A stretch of DNA of 64,000 nucleotides from Candidatus Krumholzibacteriia bacterium (GTDB taxonomy: Bacteria; Krumholzibacteriota; Krumholzibacteriia; G020349025), in NCBI GenBank assembly GCA_035649275.1, contig DASRJW010000101.1:39473-103472 (forward strand). The letters run 5' to 3'. Positions 46,254 to 56,090 of the stretch are shown in pieces. The notes below the pieces were generated by a model that saw nothing but the letters and a program-made list of their open reading frames with translations, was not told the origin of the DNA and did not search any database. The position numbers and the translations under genes were made by a program. Each line of letters begins with the position of its first letter. Position 1 is the stretch's first letter.

Positions 46254-47063
46254 ATGGGCTCGTCGATTCTCGAGGGCGGTAGGGGTCGCGGTGCCCGGCT
46301 TCTCGTCACACTGGTTCTCGGTCTTTGCCTCGCCTGCCAGCGCCCACCCGGGGCGCCTCCGGCGCCGGATGCGCCCGGAGGTCCCACGGAGACTCGAGAC
46401 AGCAGCTCGAAAGCGGGAGCGAACGGGAAGGTGTCCGCCGCACGAGCGGTGGCGCAGGTGGACGCGGTGCTGCACGCCCACGTGCTCGCGCCCTCCGAGT
46501 CCCTGGCGGTGCGACTCCTGGGCACGGTGGGACCGGACGGCAACTGGTCGTTGCAAGAGCTCCGCGTCGAGCGCACCGACACGGGCGTTCGCATCACACC
46601 GGTGGTGCAACAAGGCTCGGCCCGCCAGGTGATTCAGATGGTCATCTCGCTCGACCGCGTCGTCTGGGTGCACCTGCCCGAAGGAACTCACACCGTGGAA
46701 GTGAAGGGACGGGATTCGACCTTCACCGACCGGGTGCAGGTCGCTCCAGGTCTCACCCGCCCACCGCCGGAGACGCGGATGGCGTACCAAGTGGTCACCG
46801 CGGGCGTGCGCGCCTTGGATTTCATCACCTTCGACGCGCTTCCCGGCGACGGATTCATCGAAGCCATCGAGATCCGCGAGACGCGCGCCGGTGGTCCCGG
46901 GGCGTGGCGGCGCTTGGAAGACTGTCAGCGCGAGGGTGCCAACCTCTCCGGCCGCTTGCAGGTGCAGGAGAACGACGACCTGCACACGATCGAGTCCCGC
47001 GCCGTGGACGGGCAGGGGGATCGCGATCCCCAGCCGGCGCTGATCAATCTGTCCTCGCCCTGA
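46254..47063 (+). CDS. hypothetical lipoprotein
   Basis: RLLVTLVLGLCLAC lipobox; 10 nt after OmpA-domain gene. Confidence 0.55.
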   Translation: MGSSILEGGRGRGARLLVTLVLGLCLACQRPPGAPPAPDAPGGPTETRDSSSKAGANGKVSAARAVAQVDAVLHAHVLAPSESLAVRLLGTVGPDGNWSLQELRVERTDTGVRITPVVQQGSARQVIQMVISLDRVVWVHLPEGTHTVEVKGRDSTFTDRVQVAPGLTRPPPETRMAYQVVTAGVRALDFITFDALPGDGFIEAIEIRETRAGGPGAWRRLEDCQREGANLSGRLQVQENDDLHTIESRAVDGQGDRDPQPALINLSSP

Positions 47064-47093
47064 ATCCCGGTACGGCCCCCGCGCGCCGGAGGA

Positions 47094-47660
47094 TCACAAC
47101 AGATCCAGGTTCGACACCACCGTGGCATGGAGACGCGTGATCGTGTAGTCCCCCACCAGGGCGTCGGCGGTCTCGGGCGCCCAGTGCAAGCGGATGCCGA
47201 TCCACATCTGCCGGTTCTGGAAGAGTTCGAGCAGGCGGGCATCGCCATGGATCGACGCGGTCCCCGTGCTCGCCGTGAGCGGGGCGAGAGGCGCTTCGGC
47301 CACCGCCACTGCCGGCGTTTCGAACAGGCCGGTAGCGCTGTCGGAAAAGAACAAGCTGAAGCGAACCTGGCCCTGTCCCGATTGGTTGTCGAAGCGGACT
47401 TCGAGCTCCAGATCCACCGACTCCGCTTTGTTCAGCTGGTCGTAGCCTTCGATGCGGACCTCGATGGGTGGCAGATCGTGGTCCACCGCGGGGGAACCCG
47501 CGGGTGCGTCGTAGGGGCCGCTCCGGTCGCTCGGAGCCAGGAAGCTCGCCACGTCGACTTCCAGCGTGATGCGGTTGTCCATGCAGCCCAAGAGCAAGCT
47601 CGAGAGCACGAGCCCGGCGAGCCTCCTGGCAATTCGTGTCCATTCATCCATGGGTGTCAT
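47094..47660 (-). CDS. hypothetical lipoprotein (188 aa)
   Basis: MTPMDEWTRIARRLAGLVLSSLLLGC lipobox; remainder of ORF 47094..49160 is out-of-frame overlap with the upstream gene. Confidence 0.5.
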   Translation of the reverse strand: MTPMDEWTRIARRLAGLVLSSLLLGCMDNRITLEVDVASFLAPSDRSGPYDAPAGSPAVDHDLPPIEVRIEGYDQLNKAESVDLELEVRFDNQSGQGQVRFSLFFSDSATGLFETPAVAVAEAPLAPLTASTGTASIHGDARLLELFQNRQMWIGIRLHWAPETADALVGDYTITRLHATVVSNLDLL

Positions 47661-47689
47661 CGATTCTGCCCTCCACGCTTTCGTTCTCC

Positions 47690-48997
47690 TCACCGCACCC
47701 CGAAGGACGTGGCCAGCATCAGACCACGCTCGCCGGTGAAGGTGCGGTGGTGCGACTGCAGCGCCACGTCGAAGGAGAAACCGCTGGCGCCGATACCGAA
47801 GCCGCCGCTCCACTGCAAACGGGCGTCGTAGTCGGTCATGACGCCGCCGCGCATCGCCAGCGGCCCGGCTCGGCGCTCGGCGCCGAAGTGCACCAGGGTG
47901 CCGAGACGGCTCGAGGTGACGTCTGCTGCCAGCGCCGTGCTTCTTCCCATCCAGCCGATGTTGAAGGTGCCCTGGGTGGGCAAGCTCTGCACGAAGGGGT
48001 CGTTGCGAGCGACGATGGTGTTCTGCACCTGGCCCGTCGCCTGATCCAGGACGGATTCCCACACCAGGGTGTGGCCCCAGTGGACGCGCGCCGCCAGATC
48101 GCGCACGCCGACGCCGACGTCCACGGCGCCCGCACGGTAGCCGAGGCCGAGATCGATGCCGTAGCCGTTGCCGATCTGGCCGAACTCGGCGTAGCGAATG
48201 CGGGCGTTGTAATCGGCGCGCAGCGAGTTCTGCGCCCCGAAGATCGTGTCTGCCGTGCTCAGGGCGAGCTGCGAGGTGGCGTGGGACATCCCGAGGCCGA
48301 GCAGGTATTTGGCACCGGCGCCGGCGTAGAGTCCGTTGCCTCGCACGTCCGTCCGCAGCGGCGCGCTCCAGGCACAGTGCACCGAGAACCCCGCCAGCGT
48401 CTCGCCGCGAGCGTCGAGCTCGTAGGTGGAATGGGGCTGTAGGGGCTCGCCTCGGGCCAGGACGGCGTAGAAGGCGTCGTCGAAGGCGAGCTCTCCTTCG
48501 AGGTAGAGAAGCGGCGAGAGATAGGTGCGGGTGTGTCCGACCGCCGTACCGACCGTGGGGACGGACCACACTCCACCCACCTCGAACGGCTTTTGCGGCA
48601 GCAAGGCTTCCGCGTCCTCGAAGAGGATGGAGAACTCGTTGCGTGACACCCGGAGAGTGATGTCGCCGTCCAGGTCCGAAGGCCGGCTCAGTTCGAGGTA
48701 GAAAGGCGGGTTCATCGCCAGGTTGGCCAAGCGGGTGACGGAGAAGTTCTCGTTCTGCGGATCGAAGGTCGGCATGTCCTGGGTCAGCTGCACCAAGCCG
48801 AGCGGCAGGGGAACGACCACGCCCGTCACCCCCGGTCGGGCCGGGACACTGTGGTAGGCCACGTTCAGCGCCAGCAGCTCCTGGCATCCCGGAATGACGA
48901 CGCCGCCCATGGCGAGCCGGCGGGCGTCGACGGTGAAACCATGGCAGGGAGGTGCGGTGCAGACGAGCAACCAAGCAGCGCCGATGGCGAGGCGCAT
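47690..48997 (-). CDS. secreted outer-membrane beta-barrel-like hypothetical protein
   Basis: MRLAIGAAWLLVCTAPPCHG signal peptide; alternating Gly/aromatic beta-strand pattern to C-terminus; 30 nt upstream of lipoprotein gene (operon). Confidence 0.5.
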   Translation of the reverse strand: MRLAIGAAWLLVCTAPPCHGFTVDARRLAMGGVVIPGCQELLALNVAYHSVPARPGVTGVVVPLPLGLVQLTQDMPTFDPQNENFSVTRLANLAMNPPFYLELSRPSDLDGDITLRVSRNEFSILFEDAEALLPQKPFEVGGVWSVPTVGTAVGHTRTYLSPLLYLEGELAFDDAFYAVLARGEPLQPHSTYELDARGETLAGFSVHCAWSAPLRTDVRGNGLYAGAGAKYLLGLGMSHATSQLALSTADTIFGAQNSLRADYNARIRYAEFGQIGNGYGIDLGLGYRAGAVDVGVGVRDLAARVHWGHTLVWESVLDQATGQVQNTIVARNDPFVQSLPTQGTFNIGWMGRSTALAADVTSSRLGTLVHFGAERRAGPLAMRGGVMTDYDARLQWSGGFGIGASGFSFDVALQSHHRTFTGERGLMLATSFGVR

Positions 48998-49174
48998 CGT
49001 TCTGCGTCCACGTCGCATCCTGTCCGTCCCAGGTCGGAGGCAGGAGCCGCCGCGACACGACCACGGAGTCGCTGGAAGCTTCGTCCGCTATTGGGGCAAT
49101 GCACATGCCAAGGTCTGGTGATGCCTCGTGCGGCCCTGTGCTACCTTGGGACGGATCCACCTGGAGGCGGCGCC

Positions 49175-49387
49175 ATGGCGCGGAAGTTCTATCGCATCGA
49201 GAGCGAGAAGAAGATCGCGGGCGTCTGCGTGGGTCTGGCCGAATACCTCAACATCGATGTCACCCTCGTGCGCGTCCTCTTCGTGCTTTTCGGCCTGGGC
49301 GGTGGCACCGCGGTGATCCTCTATCTGATCCTCTGGGTGGTGTCGCCATCGCGGCCCGATGCCGACTCGGCTCGTGCCAATGGTTGA
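49175..49387 (+). CDS. PspC-domain protein
   Basis: MARKFYRIESEKKIAGVCVGLAEYLNIDVTLVRVLFVLFGLGGGTAVILYLILWVVSP = canonical PspC domain; GGAGG 6 nt upstream. Confidence 0.75.
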   Translation: MARKFYRIESEKKIAGVCVGLAEYLNIDVTLVRVLFVLFGLGGGTAVILYLILWVVSPSRPDADSARANG

Positions 49388-49407
49388 CTCTCCGGGAAGT
49401 GGCGTCC

Positions 49408-50112
49408 GTGTGCGTGCTGATCGTGGGTGTGCGCTGGCTTGAGGATCTGCCCTTGGTGGTGGCGGCGAGCCGTGACGAGGCCTACGCCCGTCCGGCTACG
49501 ACGCCGGCCGCCGCCGTCCTCGAGGGCATGCGCGTCCTGCGACCGCGTGACGAGCAGGCCGGGGGCACGTGGATCGGCACCAACGCCGCCGGCCTCGTGG
49601 TGGTGATCACCAACCGGCGGGATGGCGATTTCGACCCCCGGCGGCGGTCGCGGGGTTTGCTCTGCAGCGAGGTGCTGGCGCAGCCCGACGGCGCTGCTGC
49701 CGCCCGCCGCCTGGAGCAGGGGCTGGAGCGCGAGCTCTACAACAGCTTCAACCTCTTGATCGCCGATCCGAGCGCGGTGCGCCTCGCGACCTGGAACGGC
49801 GACCTGCAAACAGTGTCCTTGGGCGCGGGAGCGCATGTGCTTTCGAATGAGCACGTCCTCGGCGAACTCGTCCTCTCCGAGCTCCAGTCTCTCCCGGTGG
49901 CTCACGGTCCGGACGTGCGCGAGCTGCTGCTCGGCCTCCTGGCCAGCCACGTGCCCCGGGATGCGCGGGGCTTTCGTATCTGCAAGCATGGCGGCACCCA
50001 CGGCACGGTGTCGGCGAGCCTCATCTACCGCCGACGCGACGGGAGCACCCTCATGGAGCACGCCCCGGGCCCGGCGTGCACGACCCCGTTCGCGCTCCAC
50101 GTCCTGCGCTGA
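49408..50112 (+). CDS. NRDE family protein (TANGO2/DUF833-like)
   Basis: (M)CVLIVGVRWLEDLPLVVAASRDE...GGTWIGTNAAGLVVVITNRRD; start GTG 49408 (alternatives TTG 49384, GTG 49399). Confidence 0.65.
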   Translation: MCVLIVGVRWLEDLPLVVAASRDEAYARPATTPAAAVLEGMRVLRPRDEQAGGTWIGTNAAGLVVVITNRRDGDFDPRRRSRGLLCSEVLAQPDGAAAARRLEQGLERELYNSFNLLIADPSAVRLATWNGDLQTVSLGAGAHVLSNEHVLGELVLSELQSLPVAHGPDVRELLLGLLASHVPRDARGFRICKHGGTHGTVSASLIYRRRDGSTLMEHAPGPACTTPFALHVLR

Positions 50113-50443
50113 AGTCCACGTCCGGAGCTGAATCTGCCCCGCTTGCGGAGGGGCACTCCAGGTGCCTGATTCCCCCTCACAGGCCATCGGGGCATGGTCG
50201 GAGCAGCCAAGCGACAGCGCTCGAAGAACCCTGTATCATGGGCTGCATTCGAGTTGCCCCTGACACACGCGCCTGTCGTCCAAGGCACAACGGGCGCGCT
50301 GATCGACGTCTCCGTCCGAGCGCTCTGCCGTCGATGTAAGTATAATTGTGGCAAGCACATACGGTGCGCACAGGAGAGATCCGAGAGGCGGAACTCTCTG
50401 TGCATAGAGACGTCAGACGAGTGCCGTCTTCGGGAGGTCCGAG

Positions 50444-51529
50444 ATGCTTCGATGGATGCAGAAATCCGAAGCGCTGCTCGCTCCAGGGCTTCTCGCCGTG
50501 TGGACCGTCGCCGTGGCAGATCAGGCCGGCGCCGGGGAAGCGGGAGAGGCTGCGGGTGGCGCACCAGTCCCCGAGCTCGCCCAGGACGCGGTGCCGGCAA
50601 GGGACCCCATCGTCGAGTTCACGGTCGACGCGGTCCGCAGCCGGGACGCAGCCTCCGGGTTCACCCCAGGTACGGTCCCGGATGCTCCCGAGAGACCGAG
50701 CTCCTGGTTGTCCCAGCTCACAAGCTCTTCTATGTCCGTGCGCCGGAATGACCCAGGTCCCTGGGCCGCGCCAGGCGCCTCGGAGGCACCGGCCAGCCGC
50801 AGTGCGGTCGGGCGGCGCGAGAGGTTGCAAGGCCCGGGCACGTTCGCTCCGAGCCCGTATGCGCGTAAGACCTGGGGCCCGCCAGTGGACGGCAGCGTGG
50901 TCCTGGAGCATCGCCGTACTCGCACCAGCCTCTACGGTTCCCAACGGGAATCGTATCTGGCGCTGAAAGGAGGCGGCCTGCGCGTCGGCGAGGACAGCGC
51001 CACCGATGGCCTCTTCCTGGGATTCGAAGTGGGCGGATCGTTGCAGAACGTGTTCGAGATCGGCTTCAGCGCCGACTACTACTACCGCAGCACCGACAAT
51101 GTGCTGGTTCTCTCCCAAGCGAATTTCGAGAACCTGCCGCTGCAGGTGGTGGAATCGGATCACACCTCGGCGCACCTCCTGCCGCTGGGCGTGACCTTGC
51201 GGCTGCGGCTGCCGGTCAGCGAGACGGTCTCGCCCTTCGTATCCACCACGCTCTCCTACGAGATGCTGTTCCTGGAGAACGTGGGCGGCGGCGGCACCGG
51301 CGATCCCCTGCTCGACGCGCTGGCCGAGGACGAGACCTTCACCGGTTTCGGTTGGCAAGCGGCGGCGGGTCTCGGCATCCGGCTGGCGCCGGCAGTGGGT
51401 CTGTTCGGAGAAGCGGGATACCATTGGGGATCGCCTTCGCAGGGCTTCCTCATCCAAGGGGTTCCCGTGGACCTGAAGGTGGACATGGACGGCGCCTTCG
51501 TGCGCGGCGGTCTGCGTTTCGACATCTGA
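50444..51529 (+). CDS. outer-membrane beta-barrel hypothetical protein
   Basis: N-terminal signal-like segment; C-half with OmpW/OmpA-barrel-like amphipathic strands ending ...GLRFDI. Confidence 0.5.
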   Translation: MLRWMQKSEALLAPGLLAVWTVAVADQAGAGEAGEAAGGAPVPELAQDAVPARDPIVEFTVDAVRSRDAASGFTPGTVPDAPERPSSWLSQLTSSSMSVRRNDPGPWAAPGASEAPASRSAVGRRERLQGPGTFAPSPYARKTWGPPVDGSVVLEHRRTRTSLYGSQRESYLALKGGGLRVGEDSATDGLFLGFEVGGSLQNVFEIGFSADYYYRSTDNVLVLSQANFENLPLQVVESDHTSAHLLPLGVTLRLRLPVSETVSPFVSTTLSYEMLFLENVGGGGTGDPLLDALAEDETFTGFGWQAAAGLGIRLAPAVGLFGEAGYHWGSPSQGFLIQGVPVDLKVDMDGAFVRGGLRFDI

Positions 51530-51772
51530 TGGCACCGTTGCATCCCCTGACGGTGCCGTCTTCCCCTGACTTGCTCTCGTCCCCTCGGCGGGATCGCTAC
51601 CCCCTGGGTCGCGCCACGTGGGTTCACCGGTAAAGGCCTCCGCGCCAGCCCCGCGGGCCCTCTCCAGCGCACTCCGGGCCGCTGGCTTCGGAACTGGTCC
51701 GGAACTCGCATTGGCCCTACACTGCACTTCGGGTCCTGCCGAGTGAGGAGGCGCTTCGTGCGAGCCACTGCC

Positions 51773-52732
51773 ATGCGTCCCCGCGGCTTCTGTGCCGGCG
51801 TGGATCGAGCCATCGAGATCGTGGATCTGGCGCTGGATCTCTTTCCGCCTCCGCTCTATGTTCGCAAGGAGATCGTCCACAACCGCGCCGTCGTCGAAGG
51901 GTTCCGCACCCGTGGGGTCATCTTCGTCGATTCCCTCGACGAGGTCCCTGAAGGGCGCGTGGTCATCTTCAGCGCCCATGGTGTCTCACCCAGCGTGCGC
52001 GAGGATGCCCAGCGCCGGCGGCTACGTGTCATCGATGCCACCTGCCCCTTGGTGACGAAGGTGCATCTCGAGGTGCGCCGGTTCGTCAAACAAGGCTACG
52101 AGATCTTTCTCATCGGCCATGCGGGTCACGACGAGGTCCTGGGCACAACCGGAGAGGCGCCGGAGCGCATTCATTTGGTGGGCAGCGTCGAGGAGGCCCA
52201 GCGTCTGCAGCTGCCGCGCCATGACAAGCTCGTCTATCTCACGCAGACGACGCTCAGCGTCGATGAGACCCGCGACATCGTCGCCGCCCTACAAGCGCGT
52301 TTCCCTCGGCTCACCGGCCCCCCGAAGGACGACATCTGCTATGCCACCCAGAATCGCCAGGAAGCGGTGAAAGCCCTCGTGGGCGACGGGGCCCAAGTGG
52401 TCCTCGTGCTCGGTTCGGAATCGAGTTCGAATTCCAAGCGCTTGTGCGAGGTGGCCGAAGAAAACGGGGCGCGCGCTTACCTCGTCGATGGAGTGGCCGA
52501 CATCGACCCCTCCTGGCTCGCGGGAGTCGAGCACGTCGGCGTCACTGCCGGTGCATCGGCGCCCGAGCACCTGGTGCAAGAGGTGCTTGCCTGGCTGGCG
52601 GCGCAGGGGGCACAGATCGAGGAGCGCGAGCTCATTCGCGAAGACGTCCAGTTCGGCCTGCCACCGGAGCTCGCCGCCAGCCGCCGTGGCAACGCCCGTG
52701 CCACGGGTGCAGGGACCACACGGGCCCGTTGA
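51773..52732 (+). CDS. ispH: 4-hydroxy-3-methylbut-2-enyl diphosphate reductase
   Basis: MRPRGFCAGVDRAIEIV...ATCPLVTKVH...DICYATQNRQ...; three cluster Cys contexts of IspH/LytB. Confidence 0.9.
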   Translation: MRPRGFCAGVDRAIEIVDLALDLFPPPLYVRKEIVHNRAVVEGFRTRGVIFVDSLDEVPEGRVVIFSAHGVSPSVREDAQRRRLRVIDATCPLVTKVHLEVRRFVKQGYEIFLIGHAGHDEVLGTTGEAPERIHLVGSVEEAQRLQLPRHDKLVYLTQTTLSVDETRDIVAALQARFPRLTGPPKDDICYATQNRQEAVKALVGDGAQVVLVLGSESSSNSKRLCEVAEENGARAYLVDGVADIDPSWLAGVEHVGVTAGASAPEHLVQEVLAWLAAQGAQIEERELIREDVQFGLPPELAASRRGNARATGAGTTRAR

Positions 52733-52742
52733 TCGCCCCGGC

Positions 52743-52800
52743 GCCGGTGAAAGCGTCACAAGCGTTCACCACGGATCCCTGCAGGTGAAAAGCCTCACAA
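52743..52800. repeat. 17-bp imperfect direct repeat pair GGTGAAARGCSTCACAA plus AGCGTTCAC motif copies
   Basis: ggtgaaagcgtcacaag / ggtgaaaagcctcacaat 41 bp apart; AGCGTTCAC also at ~52764 and ~52903. Confidence 0.5.
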
Positions 52801-52950
52801 TTCCGGGCATGGGAAGAGTTTCGCGCGTCGCCTCTCGGGCCGAGGCTTCTGTGGTCCTCCTGTCTACCGCGCTGACTACGCCGGCGACACGGTTCGTCAA
52901 CAGCGTTCACACCTAGGACTCGGGCACGAGCAGCCCCACATTCCTCCACC

Positions 52951-53030
52951 GGCGCGAATCTTCTATCAGGCAAGAATCTTCCTTCCGGCACGAATCCTTC
53001 TGTCCGGCACGAATCTTCCTTTAGAAACGG
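52951..53030. repeat. four tandem ~19-bp repeats with core GGCACGAATCTTCC
   Basis: ggcgcgaatcttct / ggcaagaatcttcc / ggcacgaatccttc / ggcacgaatcttcc. Confidence 0.65.
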
Positions 53031-53066
53031 CGAATGCAAGCCGTGGTGTCGTACCCAGGGGGCCGG

Positions 53067-53116
53067 GTGCACAAAACGAGTGCACGATCACAAGACAGTG
53101 CACCCTTTGAGTGCAC
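53067..53116. repeat. four GTGCAC palindromes in 50 bp incl. duplicated GAGTGCACGA
   Basis: gtgcac at ~53067, 53080, 53098, 53111; strongly over-represented for a 70% GC genome. Confidence 0.6.
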
Positions 53117-53142
53117 GAACCTCCGGCAGTGGAGCCTGAACC

Positions 53143-53251
53143 GAGCGCTCACTGTTCTCCATCGGAGTCGCGGACCGAGCGTGCCAGACCTCTCGTTGTT
53201 TTCCGCTCTCTCGGGCCGGGACTCGGAGAGAGCGCTCACCGTTCTCCGGCA
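53143..53251. repeat. 18-bp direct repeat GAGCGCTCACYGTTCTCC x2 (contains GAGCGCTC palindrome)
   Basis: copies at ~53143 and ~53229, 86 bp apart. Confidence 0.6.
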
Positions 53252-53466
53252 CCTGAGCGCTGTCCGAGGGGCAGGGTGTAAGCGACGTCTGGTGGTGGGG
53301 GTGACGAGGGAAGGGAAACTGTAGCGCTGAGCGCAGAATGTGCTCAACAAGGGACGAAGGGCCGGCGCGGAGCAGAGGCTGGCCGAGGAAATGACGTGCG
53401 CCGGCCGCCTGCAGTACCGGGGGCGACTCGAGTGGCGCTGCGGTGGCCTCGTTGGGCTCCGCCCGA

Positions 53467-55905
53467 CTAGGCTTTCTCTGCCTGTTCCACGGCTTCGCGG
53501 AGCCGGCGGAGCCGGGTGTCGCGCTCGCGGACGAAGCGCTCGATGCCCTGCAGGAGCCAGCGCGGCGACAGGTGCGCTTCCTCGACGATTTCCTCGACAG
53601 AGCCACCGGTGCGCCAGCGGTCGTCCCAGTCGGGCGTCATGGCGTACTCCGCTGCGATGCGGTGCGGGATCCAGTCCGTGAGGGTGCGCCGGCCACGGTT
53701 GGCGACCACCATGGAGTCCATCCACTCGCTGGCGGAGAGGACGCTCTCCTGGTAGCGCTTGGACTCGGACCAGAACAGTTGCGGCGAGATGGCCGCGACG
53801 ACCTTGACGTTGAGCTTCTCCTGCGCCAGGTCCGGGAGGATGCGTACCAAGTTCGCCGTCGTCGACGTGCCGCTCACGATGACCACACCGCGCTGCGGCT
53901 GCCCCGGATGGTAGTCACGCAGCACATAGGCGCCGCGCGCTGCGGCGGTGTACGACGGGATCCCCAGAGCGGCGCGGTCGGGGATCTCGATGGCAGGCCG
54001 CGTCAGATGCAGCGCCAGGATGGGGGCGCCATGGCGGAGGCCCGCGGCGATGGCCACGGGCACCTCGTTGTGTTCCCACGGGTGCAGGTCGACGACCTGC
54101 ATGTCCGGGAAGAGCTGGGTCACGTACGGTTCGTAGATGCCGAAGTGCGTGCGCGAGTCTTCCGCCGTCTCGGGACCGGAGTGGCCGGCCACCCAGAGCA
54201 CCTTGCCGAGGCGGATCTGGCAATCCTGGACGACCTGACTGAACAAACGCATGGGGCCGTACTTGAGATAGACGAAGGATCCGTAGGTCGAGCAGGCGCT
54301 CATGAAGCCCGACCATTCTTCGAACGGCCGCTCCGATAGGTTGGTGGAAGCGATGCCGCAAGCGATGCCGGCGTTGGTGAACTCGGTGATTTCTTGCGGC
54401 AAGAGCACGCCCTCGGGATTCGATGTGCGCTCGTACCAGCCGTAGCCGGCGAAGCTGCCAAAACCCTTGGCGAAACCGGCGATGTTGGTGGAATCGGCGA
54501 GGTCCGCCGACATGGCCAGGAACAGCGGGCGCCCGTATTTCGCCTGCGACCAGGCGTTCACCCACGCGCCCCACTTGGCGAGGGCCGCCCGGTTCGGCGC
54601 CTTGGCACCGGGCTTCTCGAACAGCTCCTGGGGATAGCGCTCGTAGTCCGTGAGCTCCGGATCCGTCGCCGGGTTGCCGGGCCGGGGGAAGCGGAAGCTG
54701 GGGATGGACTCGGGCACCGAATCTCCCAGCTCCACCAGGCGGTCGGCCATGTAGCGCACGCACTCCACGTCGTCGTGCAACACCTTCATGACCACCGTGA
54801 AGTTGTGCACCACTTGCTGGCGCCAGGCCTCGGCGCTGGCGGGCACGGGGTCGTTCATCCCGGCGAACTCCACGCCGTACTTGGCGGCGAACTCTTGCCG
54901 TCCCTTCCAGTACAGCTCGCTGTTGGGCTTGTGCGGCGTGCCGTGGGACTTGGCGTCGAGCACGCCGTAGCCCCGCCCCTTGCGGGTACGGAAGTAGCAG
55001 ACGCTGGGGACATGCTGCGGGTTGTCGCCGTGCACGGTCTCGAGCAGACCGCGGGTCAACTCCGGCCAGTCCATGCCCTGCTCGACGCCGATGACGCGCC
55101 AGCCGCTGGCGCCGAACCAGTCCGCCGGCGAACCGTGCACGACGCTGCTGGCGGGGCGCTCGTCGATGCCGAAGTCGTTCCAGTCCACGCAGTACACCAG
55201 GTTGTCCAGCCCCAGGCCCCAGGCGGAGTTGCGGGTCTCGTGGGCGGCGCCCGGGGTCAGGCCGCCTTCGCCCTCCAGGGCGAAGACGCGGACGCCCTCG
55301 GCACCGGCGCGCTTGAGCGCCATGGCGATACCGGCGGCCGGCGGGGACCCGTGCCCCGAAGGACCGGTGTTCGCCTTGACGAAGAGCGTCTTGCCCTCCA
55401 TCTCGGCGTGGCCCGGGAGGCCGCGGTTGCGGCGGAAGAGCAGCAGGTCCTCCCAGTGGAGAGCGAACTCCTCGGACTTCGGGATGCGATAGCGCGCCTC
55501 GCCGGTCTCCCGGTGGAGGACGCGGAGCGACTCGGAAAGGACGGCGAGCATGGAGTACAGCAAGGGGGTGCAGTGCCCGGCCACGAGGACGAAACGGTCC
55601 CCGAAGCGCTTCTCCGGATGGCGCAGGTCCCAGCGCATGACGCCGCCCAGGAGCAGGACCAGCATCGCATGCACCTTCGAGCGCGAACCGCCGGGATGAC
55701 CGCTCTGGCGGTAGTTGAGCATCATGTCGATGCACTGGTCGACGACGTCCTTGATCTTCTCCCAGTGCTGGAAATGCTGTTCCTGCTCGCGCACCAGCGC
55801 GTCGACGCGGGACGAGGAGGTCGTCGAAGGCGCCACGAGGGCTCCTTTCTTCGGTTTCTCGCGCGCACGGGGACCGACCCGGCGCGATCGCAGCGATGAT
55901 GCCAA
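53467..55905 (-). CDS. transketolase-family TPP-dependent enzyme (long 812-aa form)
   Basis: YRQSGHPGGSRS (TK SGHPG motif), TPP-binding GDGxxxE-like region, pyrimidine-binding and C-terminal domains; about 150 aa longer than canonical TK. Confidence 0.75.
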   Translation of the reverse strand: MASSLRSRRVGPRAREKPKKGALVAPSTTSSSRVDALVREQEQHFQHWEKIKDVVDQCIDMMLNYRQSGHPGGSRSKVHAMLVLLLGGVMRWDLRHPEKRFGDRFVLVAGHCTPLLYSMLAVLSESLRVLHRETGEARYRIPKSEEFALHWEDLLLFRRNRGLPGHAEMEGKTLFVKANTGPSGHGSPPAAGIAMALKRAGAEGVRVFALEGEGGLTPGAAHETRNSAWGLGLDNLVYCVDWNDFGIDERPASSVVHGSPADWFGASGWRVIGVEQGMDWPELTRGLLETVHGDNPQHVPSVCYFRTRKGRGYGVLDAKSHGTPHKPNSELYWKGRQEFAAKYGVEFAGMNDPVPASAEAWRQQVVHNFTVVMKVLHDDVECVRYMADRLVELGDSVPESIPSFRFPRPGNPATDPELTDYERYPQELFEKPGAKAPNRAALAKWGAWVNAWSQAKYGRPLFLAMSADLADSTNIAGFAKGFGSFAGYGWYERTSNPEGVLLPQEITEFTNAGIACGIASTNLSERPFEEWSGFMSACSTYGSFVYLKYGPMRLFSQVVQDCQIRLGKVLWVAGHSGPETAEDSRTHFGIYEPYVTQLFPDMQVVDLHPWEHNEVPVAIAAGLRHGAPILALHLTRPAIEIPDRAALGIPSYTAAARGAYVLRDYHPGQPQRGVVIVSGTSTTANLVRILPDLAQEKLNVKVVAAISPQLFWSESKRYQESVLSASEWMDSMVVANRGRRTLTDWIPHRIAAEYAMTPDWDDRWRTGGSVEEIVEEAHLSPRWLLQGIERFVRERDTRLRRLREAVEQAEKA

Positions 55906-56090
55906 ATGGCGCCCGAGCGGTCAAAAGCTTTGCCGGGTGCGGTATTGCCTGGTGCAGAGGCTGACTGTTACACTGCAGTACTCCCGCGCCAGCGGTCGAA
56001 GGAACGAGCCGGAGCGCGGAACGGCTCCGCCACCGCGGTGGAGAACGACACCGCGCTGGAGAACGACGAGGATCGCGCCAGGGTCCGCGC

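Noticed and set aside
47661-49160. Upstream 500 codons of ORF 47094..49160
   Set aside because: This part is out-of-frame overlap with the beta-barrel gene 47690..48997. Only the C-terminal 188-aa lipoprotein (lipobox LLLGC) is credible.
49384-49387. PspC stop / NRDE TTG start overlap (TTGA) as translational coupling
   Set aside because: A GTG at 49408 gives an N-terminus (MCVLIVGV) that matches the NRDE family better. The start is ambiguous and not informative.
52951-53030. Sigma-54 promoters (GGCACG-N4-TTCC x4)
   Set aside because: The -24 GG element is present but the invariant -12 GC is replaced by TC/CC in every copy. Four tandem copies in a convergent spacer do not fit promoter logic.
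52941-53330. CRISPR array?
   Set aside because: Repeat units are only 17-19 bp, belong to several unrelated families, are partly tandem with no unique spacers, and no cas genes are nearby. They are interpreted as regulatory or non-coding repeats.
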